A stretch of DNA of 62,878 nt, counting the filler. It is 6 parts of 6 records of this genome, joined end to end, with 100 filler letters (N's around TTAATTAATTAA, not from the genome) between each part and the next. Parts side by side here need not be neighbours in the genome. Positions count along the whole stretch, not along the records: positions 51,917 to 62,878 come from SRR31156797_18459; 5 more parts are not named here. One strand, written 5' to 3'. Made by a program: the position numbers and the translations under genes. Under the pieces are notes generated by a model. It had not been told where the DNA came from and made no database searches. It saw only the letters and a program-made list of their open reading frames with translations. Shown in pieces: positions 62,383 through 62,878 of the stretch. Each line of letters opens with the position of its first letter. Position 1 is the first letter of the stretch.

Positions 62383-62878
62383 TGAATCTTCTTATTACTA
62401 GACATGATAAAATAGGTGACTTTGTTGTAACGTTACCTCTTTTTAAAGCTATAAAAGAGCAGTATCCAAATACAAAATTAACTGCACTTGTAAGTAAAAT
62501 AAACTTTGACCTTGCAAAAGAGATTGATTTTATTGATGATGTGATTTTATTTGATAAAAATAATTTAAATAAAACCCTAGTAGAAATCAAAGAGAAGAAG
62601 TTTGATGCAAGTATTAGTGCTTATATAGATACGGTATTGGGAAAACTTCTTTTTAAAAGTGGCATAAAAATAAGAGTTGCACCAGCTACAAAGATTGCTC
62701 AAATCTTCTTTACTAAAAGAATAAAACAAAGAAGAAGTCAAGTTGAAAAAACAGAATGGCAATATAACTTAGATTTGGCAAAAGCCATTTTCCCTAATAT
62801 TGACTTATCATTTTCAAGACCATTAATTAGAACTCATTCTTCATTTCAAGCCACAAAAAAAAGAGTGATTCTTCATCC
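62382..62878 (+). CDS. Family 9 glycosyltransferase (heptosyltransferase-like), 3'-truncated (missing from ORF track)
   Basis: GTG start: MNLLITRHDKIGDFVVTLP...APATKIAQ..QRRS. Confidence 0.88.
   Translation, partial: MNLLITRHDKIGDFVVTLPLFKAIKEQYPNTKLTALVSKINFDLAKEIDFIDDVILFDKNNLNKTLVEIKEKKFDASISAYIDTVLGKLLFKSGIKIRVAPATKIAQIFFTKRIKQRRSQVEKTEWQYNLDLAKAIFPNIDLSFSRPLIRTHSSFQATKKRVILH

Overview
This window is not one locus. It is six unrelated contigs joined by artificial 100-nt spacers (N44-TTAATTAATTAA-N44 at 25191, 31708, 36957, 44968 and 51817). Taxonomic guesses below come from gene content and base composition only. (1) 1-25190, probably Desulfobulbales-like: ferredoxin/DUF362 operon, a decayed CoA-activase pseudogene, MarR-IscU-methyltransferase, a hybrid sensor kinase, a complete pgaABCD PNAG biofilm operon, grxC, an acyl-CoA ligase, a CbiR-like protein, and a DUF1554 gene next to a tRNA-3'-end-like scar. 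(2) 25291-31707, spirochaete-like: an Ig/FN3 surface lipoprotein, a beta-barrel partner and an ABC transporter. (3) 31808-36956, Desulfobacterales-like: a 4-hydroxybutyrate-type CoA-transferase plus an AttM-type lactonase, then a radical SAM/SPASM - RRE(PqqD-like) - radical SAM operon that runs off the contig. (4) 37057-44967, AT-rich Fusobacteriota/Firmicutes-like: an unusual HTH-ABC-ATPase fusion, YdcF, ferredoxins, typA, an SDR and an IS91-family transposase. (5) 45068-51816, Bacteroidota: an mnmA fragment, a two-component system plus spondin lipoprotein sharing a TGTGAT-N5-TGTGAT box, a pseudogene and a DEAD-box helicase. (6) 51917-62878, Arcobacteraceae-like LOS/LPS cluster with CDP-3,6-dideoxyhexose genes. 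The best candidates for undescribed systems are the double-rSAM/RRE putative RiPP maturase operon, the lactonase/CoA-transferase pair (possible anaerobic butyrolactone route), the HTH-degenerate-ATPase fusion and the spondin regulon. No database searches were possible, so all family calls rest on recognised motifs.
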